Shown here: piece by piece, positions 1-7,849 of the stretch
Position numbering within the stretch: position 1 is the stretch's first letter
Layout: each line of letters begins with the position of its first letter
Assembly (NCBI GenBank): GCA_902613705.1
Contig: CACMIG010000001.1
Span: 40,102-104,101 of the forward strand
Length of the DNA stretch: 64,000 bases
Direction of reading: 5' to 3'
DNA from: an uncultured SAR86 cluster bacterium
GTDB taxonomy: Bacteria; Pseudomonadota; Gammaproteobacteria; Magnimaribacterales; D2472
Position numbers and translations under genes: made by a program
The notes under the pieces: model-generated
The model's database searches: none
Seen by the model: the letters and a program-made list of their open reading frames with translations, nothing else
Told to the model about the DNA's origin: nothing

Positions 1-798
1 AAAATTATCACCGAATCAGATGCAAATGAATATGTTGAGAAGATAATTGAATTTATGGAAGAAAAAAATATTGAATCTTGGCATATCCTCTACCCGGATG
101 CAGATTTAAAAGAATTATTTCTTGAAAATAAACTTATAGAACGTTTTGGATATAAATTTATATGGAAAAATAAAGAATATGAGACATTTAATGACTACCT
201 AAATATTTTTAAATCAAGACAAAGAAAAAATATTAAGAATGAAAGAAAAAAAATATCTGACTTAAATATTACTTTCCAAATTAAAGAAAGTGATTCTTTG
301 ACACTAGAGGACTGGGAGGAATTTTTTAAATTTTATAAAAATACATATGAAGAAAGGTTACAAAGACCGTATCTAAATATCGATTTCTTTAATGAAATTC
401 ATAAATTCAAAAAAACCCTTAAGCCTGTTATTTTTTTTGCAGTGCATGATGATAAAAAAATAGCTGGATCATTGTGTTTCATTGGTAATGACACCCTATA
501 TGGAAGGCATTGGGGATCTACCTTCAACATTGACTCACTTCATTTTGAAACCTGTTTTTATCAAGGTATAGAATTTTGTATTAATAAAAAAATAAAATAC
601 TTTGATCCTGGTGTTCAAGGTGAACATAAAATAAGAAGAGGGTTTGAGCCAAAAAGGACTAGCTCATTCCACTACATAAAAGAAAATGATTTTAGAAATG
701 CCATAATTGAATTTTGTGAGAAAGAGGAAGTTGAAATTAATAGATATCTCAAAGCATGTGAGAGATATACACCTTTTAATAAAGAATATAAAATTTAA
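1..798 (+). CDS. GNAT/FemAB-like acyltransferase family protein (DUF482, COG3146-like); 5' end lies outside the window
   Basis: Frame 1 is open from base 1 (KIITESDANEYVEKIIEF precedes the first Met at 55). Motifs LYGRHWGS, LHFETCFYQGIEF and GVQGEHKIRRGFEP match my recollection of this family, which is usually about 380 aa. Confidence 0.6.
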   Translation, partial: KIITESDANEYVEKIIEFMEEKNIESWHILYPDADLKELFLENKLIERFGYKFIWKNKEYETFNDYLNIFKSRQRKNIKNERKKISDLNITFQIKESDSLTLEDWEEFFKFYKNTYEERLQRPYLNIDFFNEIHKFKKTLKPVIFFAVHDDKKIAGSLCFIGNDTLYGRHWGSTFNIDSLHFETCFYQGIEFCINKKIKYFDPGVQGEHKIRRGFEPKRTSSFHYIKENDFRNAIIEFCEKEEVEINRYLKACERYTPFNKEYKI

Positions 799-800
799 GA

Positions 801-1223
801 ATGATTAAATCTCTACCAAAAACAAGTCATCAGTTAGCTATATGCGAAGCTAACTTTTTAAGGTTAAAGAAAATCCTAAATAATTTTTCTTTAAATAAAT
901 ATTTGTTTGAAACAATTAATCCTGACTCTTCATCTAATCCAATATCCTTCAACATAATTCATAGAACAAAACATACATTAACAATTGAAGCTAAACAGAA
1001 AATTAAATTAAAAAAGATGGAAAATCTTATTATCAGAATACAAATTTCTTTAGATGCTAAATTAGCTGAAGTTATATCTTTTCAAGGGGAGAGAGCAGTT
1101 CCATATTTTATGAAAGTTCTTAAAACGCAATCACGTGACGAAAAAATACAACAAAATAGATTCTTAACAGAGTGGCTGGAGAACATATTTGCAAATGGAA
1201 TAAATCCTCAATTTAAAATTTGA
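801..1223 (+). CDS. DUF1249 family protein (YqiB-like)
   Basis: 140 aa, the same size as E. coli YqiB. The N-terminal LAICEANFLRLKKIL resembles YqiB. It overlaps the following yqiA-like gene by ATGA (1220-1223), echoing the enterobacterial yqiB-cpdA-yqiA neighbourhood. Confidence 0.5.
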   Translation: MIKSLPKTSHQLAICEANFLRLKKILNNFSLNKYLFETINPDSSSNPISFNIIHRTKHTLTIEAKQKIKLKKMENLIIRIQISLDAKLAEVISFQGERAVPYFMKVLKTQSRDEKIQQNRFLTEWLENIFANGINPQFKI

Positions 1224-1795
1224 TGGTAAAAACAATTTTATATTTTCATGGATTTGCCTCTTCTTCAGATTCAGATAAAGCAAAAATTATTAAGAGTTAC
1301 ATATCAAAAATTTCTAAAAAAATAAAAATATTTACTCCAGATCTTAGCAATAATTTTAAAGAAGCAAATAATCAGATAACAAAACTCATTGACGAGAATG
1401 AAAAAGATTTTGTATTCATGGGAAGTTCTTTGGGTGGATACTATGCAAATTTTTTTGGAAGCATTAATAAATCAAAAGTGATCTTAATTAATCCAGCTAT
1501 TCCTCCATTAAAAGGTTTTGAGGAATACCTTGGTGAAAATGAAAATTATTCGACTGGAGAAAAATTTATTGTTAGCGAAGATGATATAAAATTTTTAAGA
1601 TCACTTGTAACTAAAAAATTTAGTAATCAAAAAAATACTTTAGTCTTTCTGGAATCAGGAGATGAAGTTCTTAATTATGTTGAGGCTGCTAAATACTTTT
1701 TAGGCTCAAATATAGACATAACATATGGTGGAAGCCATTCATATGAATCCATTACAAATAAACTAGAAAAAATTGTCAGATTTATAGAGATTTAA
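1220..1795 (+). CDS. yqiA: YqiA-family esterase (alpha/beta hydrolase, UPF0227)
   Basis: 191 aa. The N-terminus ILYFHGFASSSDSDKA and the nucleophile elbow MGSSLGG are typical of YqiA (E. coli 193 aa). Confidence 0.65.
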   Translation: MMVKTILYFHGFASSSDSDKAKIIKSYISKISKKIKIFTPDLSNNFKEANNQITKLIDENEKDFVFMGSSLGGYYANFFGSINKSKVILINPAIPPLKGFEEYLGENENYSTGEKFIVSEDDIKFLRSLVTKKFSNQKNTLVFLESGDEVLNYVEAAKYFLGSNIDITYGGSHSYESITNKLEKIVRFIEI

Positions 1796-1830
1796 TTAAT
1801 TGAACTGAAATTGAACAAAAAACTTCCTTT

Positions 1831-1889
1831 TGCACAGAATTAATGCATAATATTACCTATATTGGTGCAAATACATCAATTTAATGCAC
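1831..1889. promoter_or_regulatory. Cluster of NtrC-like TGCAC/GTGCA half-sites upstream of the glutamine synthetase gene
   Basis: The 17-mer TGCACagaattaATGCA (1831-1847) matches the outer positions of the NtrC consensus TGCACC-N5-GGTGCA. Further TGGTGCA (1863-1869) and TGCAC (1885-1889) follow. The cluster lies 50-110 bp upstream of the GS start at 1940. Confidence 0.3.
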
Positions 1890-1939
1890 TAATAGTATAT
1901 TTAATCAAAATTAAAATTATACATTTGTAGGAGAAATAA

Positions 1940-2911
1940 ATGAAAACATACGAATATATTTGGCTTGATGGTTATCAACCTGAGCCATCGATGAGAAGTA
2001 AAGTTAAAGCGACTAGGGATGAAACGCCGCCTGAATGGTCATTTGATGGATCTTCAACTCAACAAGCAGAGGGAGGAAGTTCAGACTGTCTACTATTACC
2101 AGTTCAAACATATGAAAATCCAAATGGGCATGATCTAGTTATGACACAAGTCCAAGCAGCTGATCACACTTCTCATCCATCAAATTTTAGAGCAGCTGCA
2201 GCTGAAGTTGTCACAGATGAATGGTGGTTTGGATTTGAACAGGAATACTTTTTTACTGATCCTGAAACTGGTGAACCATTGGGATGGGAAAATGGAGAGC
2301 CTGGTCCTCAAGGTCCATACTATTGTGCGGTTGGGGCTGGAAATGTTTCTGGAAGAGAAATTTCTGATGCTCACCTTATGGCTTGCTTGGATCTAGGAAT
2401 AGAATTAACCGGAACCAATGCTGAAGTTGCAATAGGTCAATGGGAATATCAATGTTTTGGTAAAGGTATCAAAGCTGCCGATGATCTTTGGGTGAGCCGA
2501 TACATGTTATATAAGACTGCTGAAGAATTTGGTGTTGGTGTAAATATCCATCCAAAGCCAAAAACTGGTGATTGGAATGGATCAGGGATGCATACAAACT
2601 TTTCAAATGAAGCTATGAGAACTGGTGGAAGTGAAGAACTCTACTCATCAATTTGCGATAAGCTTGGTGAAGTTCATGAGGAAGGGATTGCCTCTTATGG
2701 TTCTGATAATGATATGAGACTTACTGGATTACATGAAACTCAAAGCATTGAAAAATTTTCATATGGTGTGAGTGACAGAGGAGCCAGTATAAGAATACCT
2801 GTTGCCACAGTTGAGAATGGCTGGAACGGATATCTTGAAGATAGAAGGCCAGCTTCAAACGCTGATCCATATAAAATACTATCTCATATAGTAGGAACGC
2901 TTACAAAGTAA
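1940..2911 (+). CDS. glnII: Glutamine synthetase, type II (eukaryote-like GSII)
   Basis: 323 aa, the GSII size rather than the ~470 aa of GSI. Motifs EWSFDGSSTQQAEGGSSDCLL, WWFGFEQEYFF, NAEVAIGQWEYQ, GSGMHTNFS, DRGASIRIP and LEDRRPASNADPY. An AGGAG RBS precedes the ATG. Confidence 0.85.
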   Translation: MKTYEYIWLDGYQPEPSMRSKVKATRDETPPEWSFDGSSTQQAEGGSSDCLLLPVQTYENPNGHDLVMTQVQAADHTSHPSNFRAAAAEVVTDEWWFGFEQEYFFTDPETGEPLGWENGEPGPQGPYYCAVGAGNVSGREISDAHLMACLDLGIELTGTNAEVAIGQWEYQCFGKGIKAADDLWVSRYMLYKTAEEFGVGVNIHPKPKTGDWNGSGMHTNFSNEAMRTGGSEELYSSICDKLGEVHEEGIASYGSDNDMRLTGLHETQSIEKFSYGVSDRGASIRIPVATVENGWNGYLEDRRPASNADPYKILSHIVGTLTK

Positions 2912-2924
2912 ATAATTTTATTAT

Positions 2925-2957
2925 CTGCCTCGTATATTTTTTATGAGGCAGTTTTTT
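2925..2957 (+). terminator. Rho-independent terminator between glnII and ntrB
   Basis: Perfect 7-bp stem CTGCCTC (2925-2931) / GAGGCAG (2945-2951) with a 13-nt loop, followed by TTTTTT (2952-2957). It ends 4 nt before the ntrB start. Confidence 0.7.
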
Positions 2958-2961
2958 AAAG

Positions 2962-4044
2962 ATGAAGATAAGCAAAAAAGAATTAAATTTCTTAAATCAG
3001 TTAACGACTGAAATAATTATTTTAGATAAAGAATACAAAATCATTTGGTTAAATGACTCTGCTTTAAATAAAGGCTGGAGAATTGATCCCAATAAAAAAG
3101 AAAAAAATCTTATTTCACTTCAACTATCTGAGGAGACTGCAGCATCTGTAATTAAATTACTAAATAAATCAATGGATAAAGGAAGCTCACAAACTAGAAG
3201 AGATTTTCCTTTAAAAACCACTAAAGATAAAAAACGAGAAATTGATTTTACAGTAAGATATAGCAATTCTTACGACTGTATCTTAATTGAGATCTCATGT
3301 GTTGATAATCTTAATAAAATTATTGATTCAACCAAGACCTTTTCAACCCAAAAGATTGCAGCTAATCTTGCGAGAACTCTTGCTCATGAAGTAAAGAATC
3401 CCCTTTCAGGTATCAAAGGAAGCGCACAAATATTAGATAAAAAGCTTACTGATGATTATTCATCGAAATTTTTAAAAATCATCATTGATGAAACAGATAG
3501 ATTAAACTCAATAGTAACAAAAATTCTTACTCCTCCATCAAAACCAAACCTTAGTCTTTTTAATATTCATTCTGCTCTTGAGCAGGTATATGCTCTTTTA
3601 AAGGCAGATAAAAAAAATATTAAACTTATCAGAGATTACGATCCAAGTATTCCTGAAATTAATGGAGATGAAAATCTTTTTGTTCAAGCTATTTTAAATA
3701 TTGTTAAAAATGCTCAACAAGCAATTGAAAACGAAGATGATCCCTCGATCACAATAAAATCAAGAATTCAGTATGGTAGGCCTGTAAATGGAACCGTCTA
3801 TCCAACAATTTGCACTATAGATATTATTGACAATGGGCCTGGTATCCCTAGTGAATTACATGATCAGGTTTTCTTCCCAATGGTGTCTATTAAAGAGAAT
3901 GGCTCTGGTCTTGGCTTAACAATTGCTCAAGACATTATAAGAATTCATGGAGGCGGTATAGTTTTTTCATCTAACCCCGGCAATACAGTTTTTTCAATTC
4001 AAATCCCTATAAAGGTTGCAAATAAGGAGTCTAAAATTGCATAG
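2962..4044 (+). CDS. glnL: Nitrogen regulation sensor histidine kinase NtrB
   Basis: H-box LAHEVKNPLSGIKGSAQIL, ATP-binding boxes DNGPGIP and GSGLGLTIAQ, and a position directly upstream of ntrC. Confidence 0.85.
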   Translation: MKISKKELNFLNQLTTEIIILDKEYKIIWLNDSALNKGWRIDPNKKEKNLISLQLSEETAASVIKLLNKSMDKGSSQTRRDFPLKTTKDKKREIDFTVRYSNSYDCILIEISCVDNLNKIIDSTKTFSTQKIAANLARTLAHEVKNPLSGIKGSAQILDKKLTDDYSSKFLKIIIDETDRLNSIVTKILTPPSKPNLSLFNIHSALEQVYALLKADKKNIKLIRDYDPSIPEINGDENLFVQAILNIVKNAQQAIENEDDPSITIKSRIQYGRPVNGTVYPTICTIDIIDNGPGIPSELHDQVFFPMVSIKENGSGLGLTIAQDIIRIHGGGIVFSSNPGNTVFSIQIPIKVANKESKIA

Positions 4045-5413
4045 AATATGGGTAGCTGACGATGACGATGCAATAAGACTAATTCTGGAAGAAAGTCTCA
4101 CAAGCTCAGGGTTTGAAACAAAAAGTTTTTCGTCCGGAGAAGAGCTAATAGAAGAATTAGATGCTACTCAACCAGATTTAATTATTACCGATGTGCAGAT
4201 GCCAGGCATGCTTGGTTATGACCTTCTTAAGCATATAAATAATAATTACGAAGATATTCCTGTGATTATTATGACAGCTTTTGCTGACATGCAAGCAGCA
4301 GTAGAATCTTTCGGAGGAGGTGCATTTGAATATTTACCAAAACCATTTGATTTAGAAGAAGCTACTGAAATAATTAATAGAGCACTCGAAGATAAACCAA
4401 AAACAAAGGGTTTAAAAACAGATACTAAGCTAGACATCATAGGTGAATCTCATGCAATGCAAAATGTTTTTAGAGCAATTGGAAAGTTATCAACTACAAT
4501 TGCGACAGTTCTAATTCAAGGTGAGTCTGGTACAGGTAAAGAGTTAATTGCTAAATCACTTCATAAGAATAGTCCAAGACATGACATGCCATTTATTGCA
4601 CTTAACATGGCAGACATTCCAAAAGAACTAGTTGAGTCAGAACTTTTTGGACATGAGAAAGGTTCATTTACTGGAGCAGTCGATAAAAGAATTGGTAGAT
4701 TTGAGCAAGCAAATGGAGGAACGCTTTTTCTTGATGAAATTGGAGATATGCCACTAGATTCACAAACAAGGCTTTTAAGAGTATTGTCAAATAAAGAGTT
4801 TTACAGAGTTGGTGGAGATAAACCTATAAAAGTAGACGTAAGAATTATTGCAGCTACTCACCAAAATCTCAATAACCTGGTTTCTCAAAAAAACTTTAGA
4901 GAAGATCTATTCTATAGACTAAATGTTATCAAAATAGACGTACCACCTCTTAGAGACAGAATTGAGGACATAACAGATTTATCAAAGTATTTCTTGAAAA
5001 ACTACTCTGATTCACTAGACGAAGATTTAAAAGTTGTAACTAAAGATGCCATGAATTTAATGAAAAAGTATGATTGGCCGGGAAATGTTAGACAGCTAGA
5101 AAATGTTTGTTACTGGCTAACTTTAATGTCTCCTTCACAAAATGTTAAATCTCAGGATCTTCCTCCAGAAATAAAGGAGTTTGAAGTTACTGATATTCCA
5201 TCATCTTCATGGGAGGACGGAATGCAAAACTGGCTTAAGAATGTATCAATGAATATTGACTCAGGTTTGTCTGAAATAGCAATAACTAAAATTGAGAAAA
5301 TGTTAATAAAGACTGCTTTAGAAAGATCAAATGGTAAAAAGAATGATGCAGCTCAAATTCTTGGATGGGGAAGAAATACACTTTCAAAAAAAATGAAGGA
5401 ACATGGTATTTAG
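4037..5413 (+). CDS. glnG: Nitrogen regulation response regulator NtrC (sigma-54-dependent activator)
   Basis: Receiver domain ([19 protein letters not shown]), AAA+ sigma-54 interaction domain ([38 protein letters not shown]) and a C-terminal Fis-type HTH. I prefer the TTG at 4037, which has AAGGAG at 4024-4029 and a 7-nt spacer, over the track's TTG at 4016. Confidence 0.85.
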   Translation: MHRIWVADDDDAIRLILEESLTSSGFETKSFSSGEELIEELDATQPDLIITDVQMPGMLGYDLLKHINNNYEDIPVIIMTAFADMQAAVESFGGGAFEYLPKPFDLEEATEIINRALEDKPKTKGLKTDTKLDIIGESHAMQNVFRAIGKLSTTIATVLIQGESGTGKELIAKSLHKNSPRHDMPFIALNMADIPKELVESELFGHEKGSFTGAVDKRIGRFEQANGGTLFLDEIGDMPLDSQTRLLRVLSNKEFYRVGGDKPIKVDVRIIAATHQNLNNLVSQKNFREDLFYRLNVIKIDVPPLRDRIEDITDLSKYFLKNYSDSLDEDLKVVTKDAMNLMKKYDWPGNVRQLENVCYWLTLMSPSQNVKSQDLPPEIKEFEVTDIPSSSWEDGMQNWLKNVSMNIDSGLSEIAITKIEKMLIKTALERSNGKKNDAAQILGWGRNTLSKKMKEHGI

Positions 5414-5814
5414 ACCAACGGAAGATTATTCATTTTCCACTCATTAATACCCCCTCTTAATATAAAAATATCTTTTAGTCCCTCTTTCTTTAAAGTTTCT
5501 CCTGCATTGGTTGACGCACTGCCCATTTCGCATACAAGCACTACAGATTTTGTAGAGTTAATAATTTCATTTGATCTTCTTGAAACATCATTTACTGGAA
5601 TATTAATTGAAGCTGTTATATGACCGGAATTAAAAGCTTCAGAACTTCTGAGATCAACAATTAATGCTTGGTCTTGGTTTGAAAGACCAATTAATGATTG
5701 GCAAGATATTTTTGTTCCACCTTTTTTAGAATTTGATATTAAAAATAGTATAAGAACAATTACAAGAGGTGCTGAAAAATAAAAGTGTTCTATTAAAAAA
5801 TTAATTAGTTCCAT
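5410..5814 (-). CDS. Membrane-anchored rhodanese-domain sulfurtransferase
   Basis: An N-terminal TM helix (FSAPLVIVLILFLI) followed by a rhodanese fold with the active-site loop CEMGSAS and a C-terminal GGINEW. Confidence 0.7.
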   Translation of the reverse strand: MELINFLIEHFYFSAPLVIVLILFLISNSKKGGTKISCQSLIGLSNQDQALIVDLRSSEAFNSGHITASINIPVNDVSRRSNEIINSTKSVVLVCEMGSASTNAGETLKKEGLKDIFILRGGINEWKMNNLPLV

Positions 5815-5859
5815 ATGTATATTATCTATTAAAATGGAAGATATTAATAAAAAATATAA

Positions 5860-6483
5860 ATGAAAAATACAAGTTTAATTTTAGTTCGGCACGGTCAAAG
5901 TGAATGGAACGAAAAAAATCTTTTTACTGGTTGGGAAAATCCAGGACTCACAAAGAAAGGAACTTATGAAGCAAAACATGCTGGCATATTAATAAATGAC
6001 CTCAATATCGAATTTGATCACCTATTTACTTCAGTTTTAGATAGAGCCAAACTCACCGGAGCAATCATTCTAGAGAATATCAATCAGAAAGATATAGATT
6101 CTATTGAAAACAAAGCTCTCAATGAAAGATTCTATGGTGACCTTCAAGGTCTTAATAAAGATGAATGTAGGCAAAAATGGGGTGCTGAACAGGTACAAAT
6201 TTGGAGAAGATCTTATGATGTTGGTCCGCCTGGGGGAGAGTCACTAAAAGAAACTGGAGAGAGAGTTTTACCATATTATTTAAATGAGATTTATCCGTTA
6301 ATACTTCAAGGAAAAAATATTTTGGTAGCTGCGCATGGAAATTCTCTTAGATCATTAATAATGCATTTAGACAACTTATCATCTGATGAAATTGTTAAAT
6401 TGGAAATACCAACTGGGGCCCCTATTCAATATATCTTTGATGATCAGGGTGAAGTATTAATTAAAAAGAATTTAGTAGAATAG
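5860..6483 (+). CDS. gpmA: 2,3-bisphosphoglycerate-dependent phosphoglycerate mutase (short form)
   Basis: LVRHGQSEWNEKNLFTGW catalytic His motif and AAHGNSLRSL second His motif. 207 aa. Confidence 0.8.
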   Translation: MKNTSLILVRHGQSEWNEKNLFTGWENPGLTKKGTYEAKHAGILINDLNIEFDHLFTSVLDRAKLTGAIILENINQKDIDSIENKALNERFYGDLQGLNKDECRQKWGAEQVQIWRRSYDVGPPGGESLKETGERVLPYYLNEIYPLILQGKNILVAAHGNSLRSLIMHLDNLSSDEIVKLEIPTGAPIQYIFDDQGEVLIKKNLVE

Positions 6484-6484
6484 T

Positions 6485-7495
6485 TTGAAACAAAATAATA
6501 AAAATTTTTCTCAGGTTATACCGCAGTGGTATATAGCCTCTGGTAGAAATAACTTGCCATGGAGAAAAGGAATATCTCCATACAAAGTTTGGATATCTGA
6601 GATAATGCTTCAACAAACTCAAGTCAAAACAGTCATACCTTTTTTTAATGCTTTTATAAAAAAATTTCCAAACTTAAAATCGATATCAAAAGCTTCAGAA
6701 GATGAAATTCTAGCTCTTTGGACAGGTTTAGGTTTCTATAGAAGAGCAAAAAATATCTTTAAAACTAAAGAAATAATTAAAAATGAATTTAAGAATAGAT
6801 TTCCAAAAAAATTTGAGGAATTAATTCTTTTACCAGGTATTGGAAGATCGACTGCAGGAGCAATTATGTCAATTGCATACAACAAGTCGTATCCGATACT
6901 TGATGCAAATGTTAAAAGAGTTATTTCAAGATATGAAAATATAGATATTGAACAAAAAAATGTGATTAAGTCTCTATGGGAATTATCTGAAACATTCACT
7001 CCCTCAGAAAATATCTTTGAATATACTCAAGGAATCATGGACTTAGGCGCAACAATATGCCACTTGAGATCTCCAAAATGTTCAATTTGTCCTTTAAACG
7101 TTTCTTGTAAAAGCGCTTTTAAAGACTTCAAAACTGTTAAGAAAGTCAAAAAACAAAAATTAACCAAAAGAATTAATTTTACGTTAGCTCACTCAAATCA
7201 ATCCTTTCTATTATTTAAAAAAAATGAGCAGAGTTTTTGGGAAAGTTTATGGATTCCATATGACAATCAACTTCTAAAAAGTAAAAGCATTTTTAAAGAT
7301 CCAAAGAAAGTTGAAACTCGTCACCTCAATCATGCGCTATCCCATATAGATTTGGATATTACTGTTGAAATTTTTGAGTACGACAAACCTTTTAAAATTG
7401 AAACTAACCTGGAACATCAATGGATAAATAAATCTGAAATTAATGATTTTGGTCTGCCTAAGCCTATAAAGACTATAATACAAACCTATGTCTAA
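6485..7495 (+). CDS. mutY: A/G-specific adenine DNA glycosylase MutY
   Basis: ISEIMLQQTQV, HhH LPGIGRSTAGAI, 4Fe-4S cysteine cluster CHLRSPKCSICPLNVSC and a C-terminal NUDIX-like domain. TTG start. The conserved mutY-yggX pairing is present. Confidence 0.85.
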   Translation: MKQNNKNFSQVIPQWYIASGRNNLPWRKGISPYKVWISEIMLQQTQVKTVIPFFNAFIKKFPNLKSISKASEDEILALWTGLGFYRRAKNIFKTKEIIKNEFKNRFPKKFEELILLPGIGRSTAGAIMSIAYNKSYPILDANVKRVISRYENIDIEQKNVIKSLWELSETFTPSENIFEYTQGIMDLGATICHLRSPKCSICPLNVSCKSAFKDFKTVKKVKKQKLTKRINFTLAHSNQSFLLFKKNEQSFWESLWIPYDNQLLKSKSIFKDPKKVETRHLNHALSHIDLDITVEIFEYDKPFKIETNLEHQWINKSEINDFGLPKPIKTIIQTYV

Positions 7496-7757
7496 AAAGA
7501 TACTTTGTAAAAAGCTTAATAAAGAATTGCCTGCTTTAAATAATCCTCCTATGCCTGGTCCAAAAGGAATTGAACTAATGAATTCTATCTCAGAAGAAGC
7601 ATGGGAAATGTGGAAATCTCATCAAACAACTCTCATAAATGAAAAACATTTAGATATGTCAGATCCTAAAAATAGAAGATGGCTTCAAGATCAAATGGAT
7701 AAATTTTTTAACAATGAAGACTATGAAAGTGCTGCAGGATTTAAGGCGCTTGATTAG
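7488..7757 (+). CDS. yggX: Fe(2+)-trafficking / oxidative damage protection protein YggX
   Basis: 89 aa. EEAWEMWKSHQTTLINEKHLDM closely parallels E. coli YggX ([22 protein letters not shown]). It overlaps the mutY end by 8 nt. Confidence 0.8.
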   Translation: MSKKILCKKLNKELPALNNPPMPGPKGIELMNSISEEAWEMWKSHQTTLINEKHLDMSDPKNRRWLQDQMDKFFNNEDYESAAGFKALD

Positions 7758-7849
7758 CAATTTTTACCTACAAAAATCCTAAAATTTTTTGATTTACAAA
7801 GTAAATAAAATAGAGTTTAATTTTCTTAAATATCCTTGGGGAAAATTCT

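Noticed and set aside
1801-1939. Sigma-54 (GG-N10-GC) promoter upstream of the glutamine synthetase gene
   Set aside because: I looked for TGGCAC-N5-TTGCA-like spacing and found none. The TGCAC/ATGCA elements have the wrong register for a -24/-12 promoter, so they are reported only as possible NtrC sites.
2180-2396. Two 62-64-aa ORFs (2180-2374 minus, 2208-2396 plus) inside the glutamine synthetase gene
   Set aside because: They are fully embedded in a strongly supported conserved CDS. They have no independent signals and their products are low-complexity, so they are typical out-of-frame or antisense artefacts.
4016-4036. Upstream TTG start for ntrC given by the ORF track
   Set aside because: The TTG at 4037 is preceded by AAGGAG at an ideal 7-nt distance. 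It also gives the canonical receiver-domain N-terminus (M)[10 protein letters not shown]. The 4016 TTG has no spacer after its purine run.
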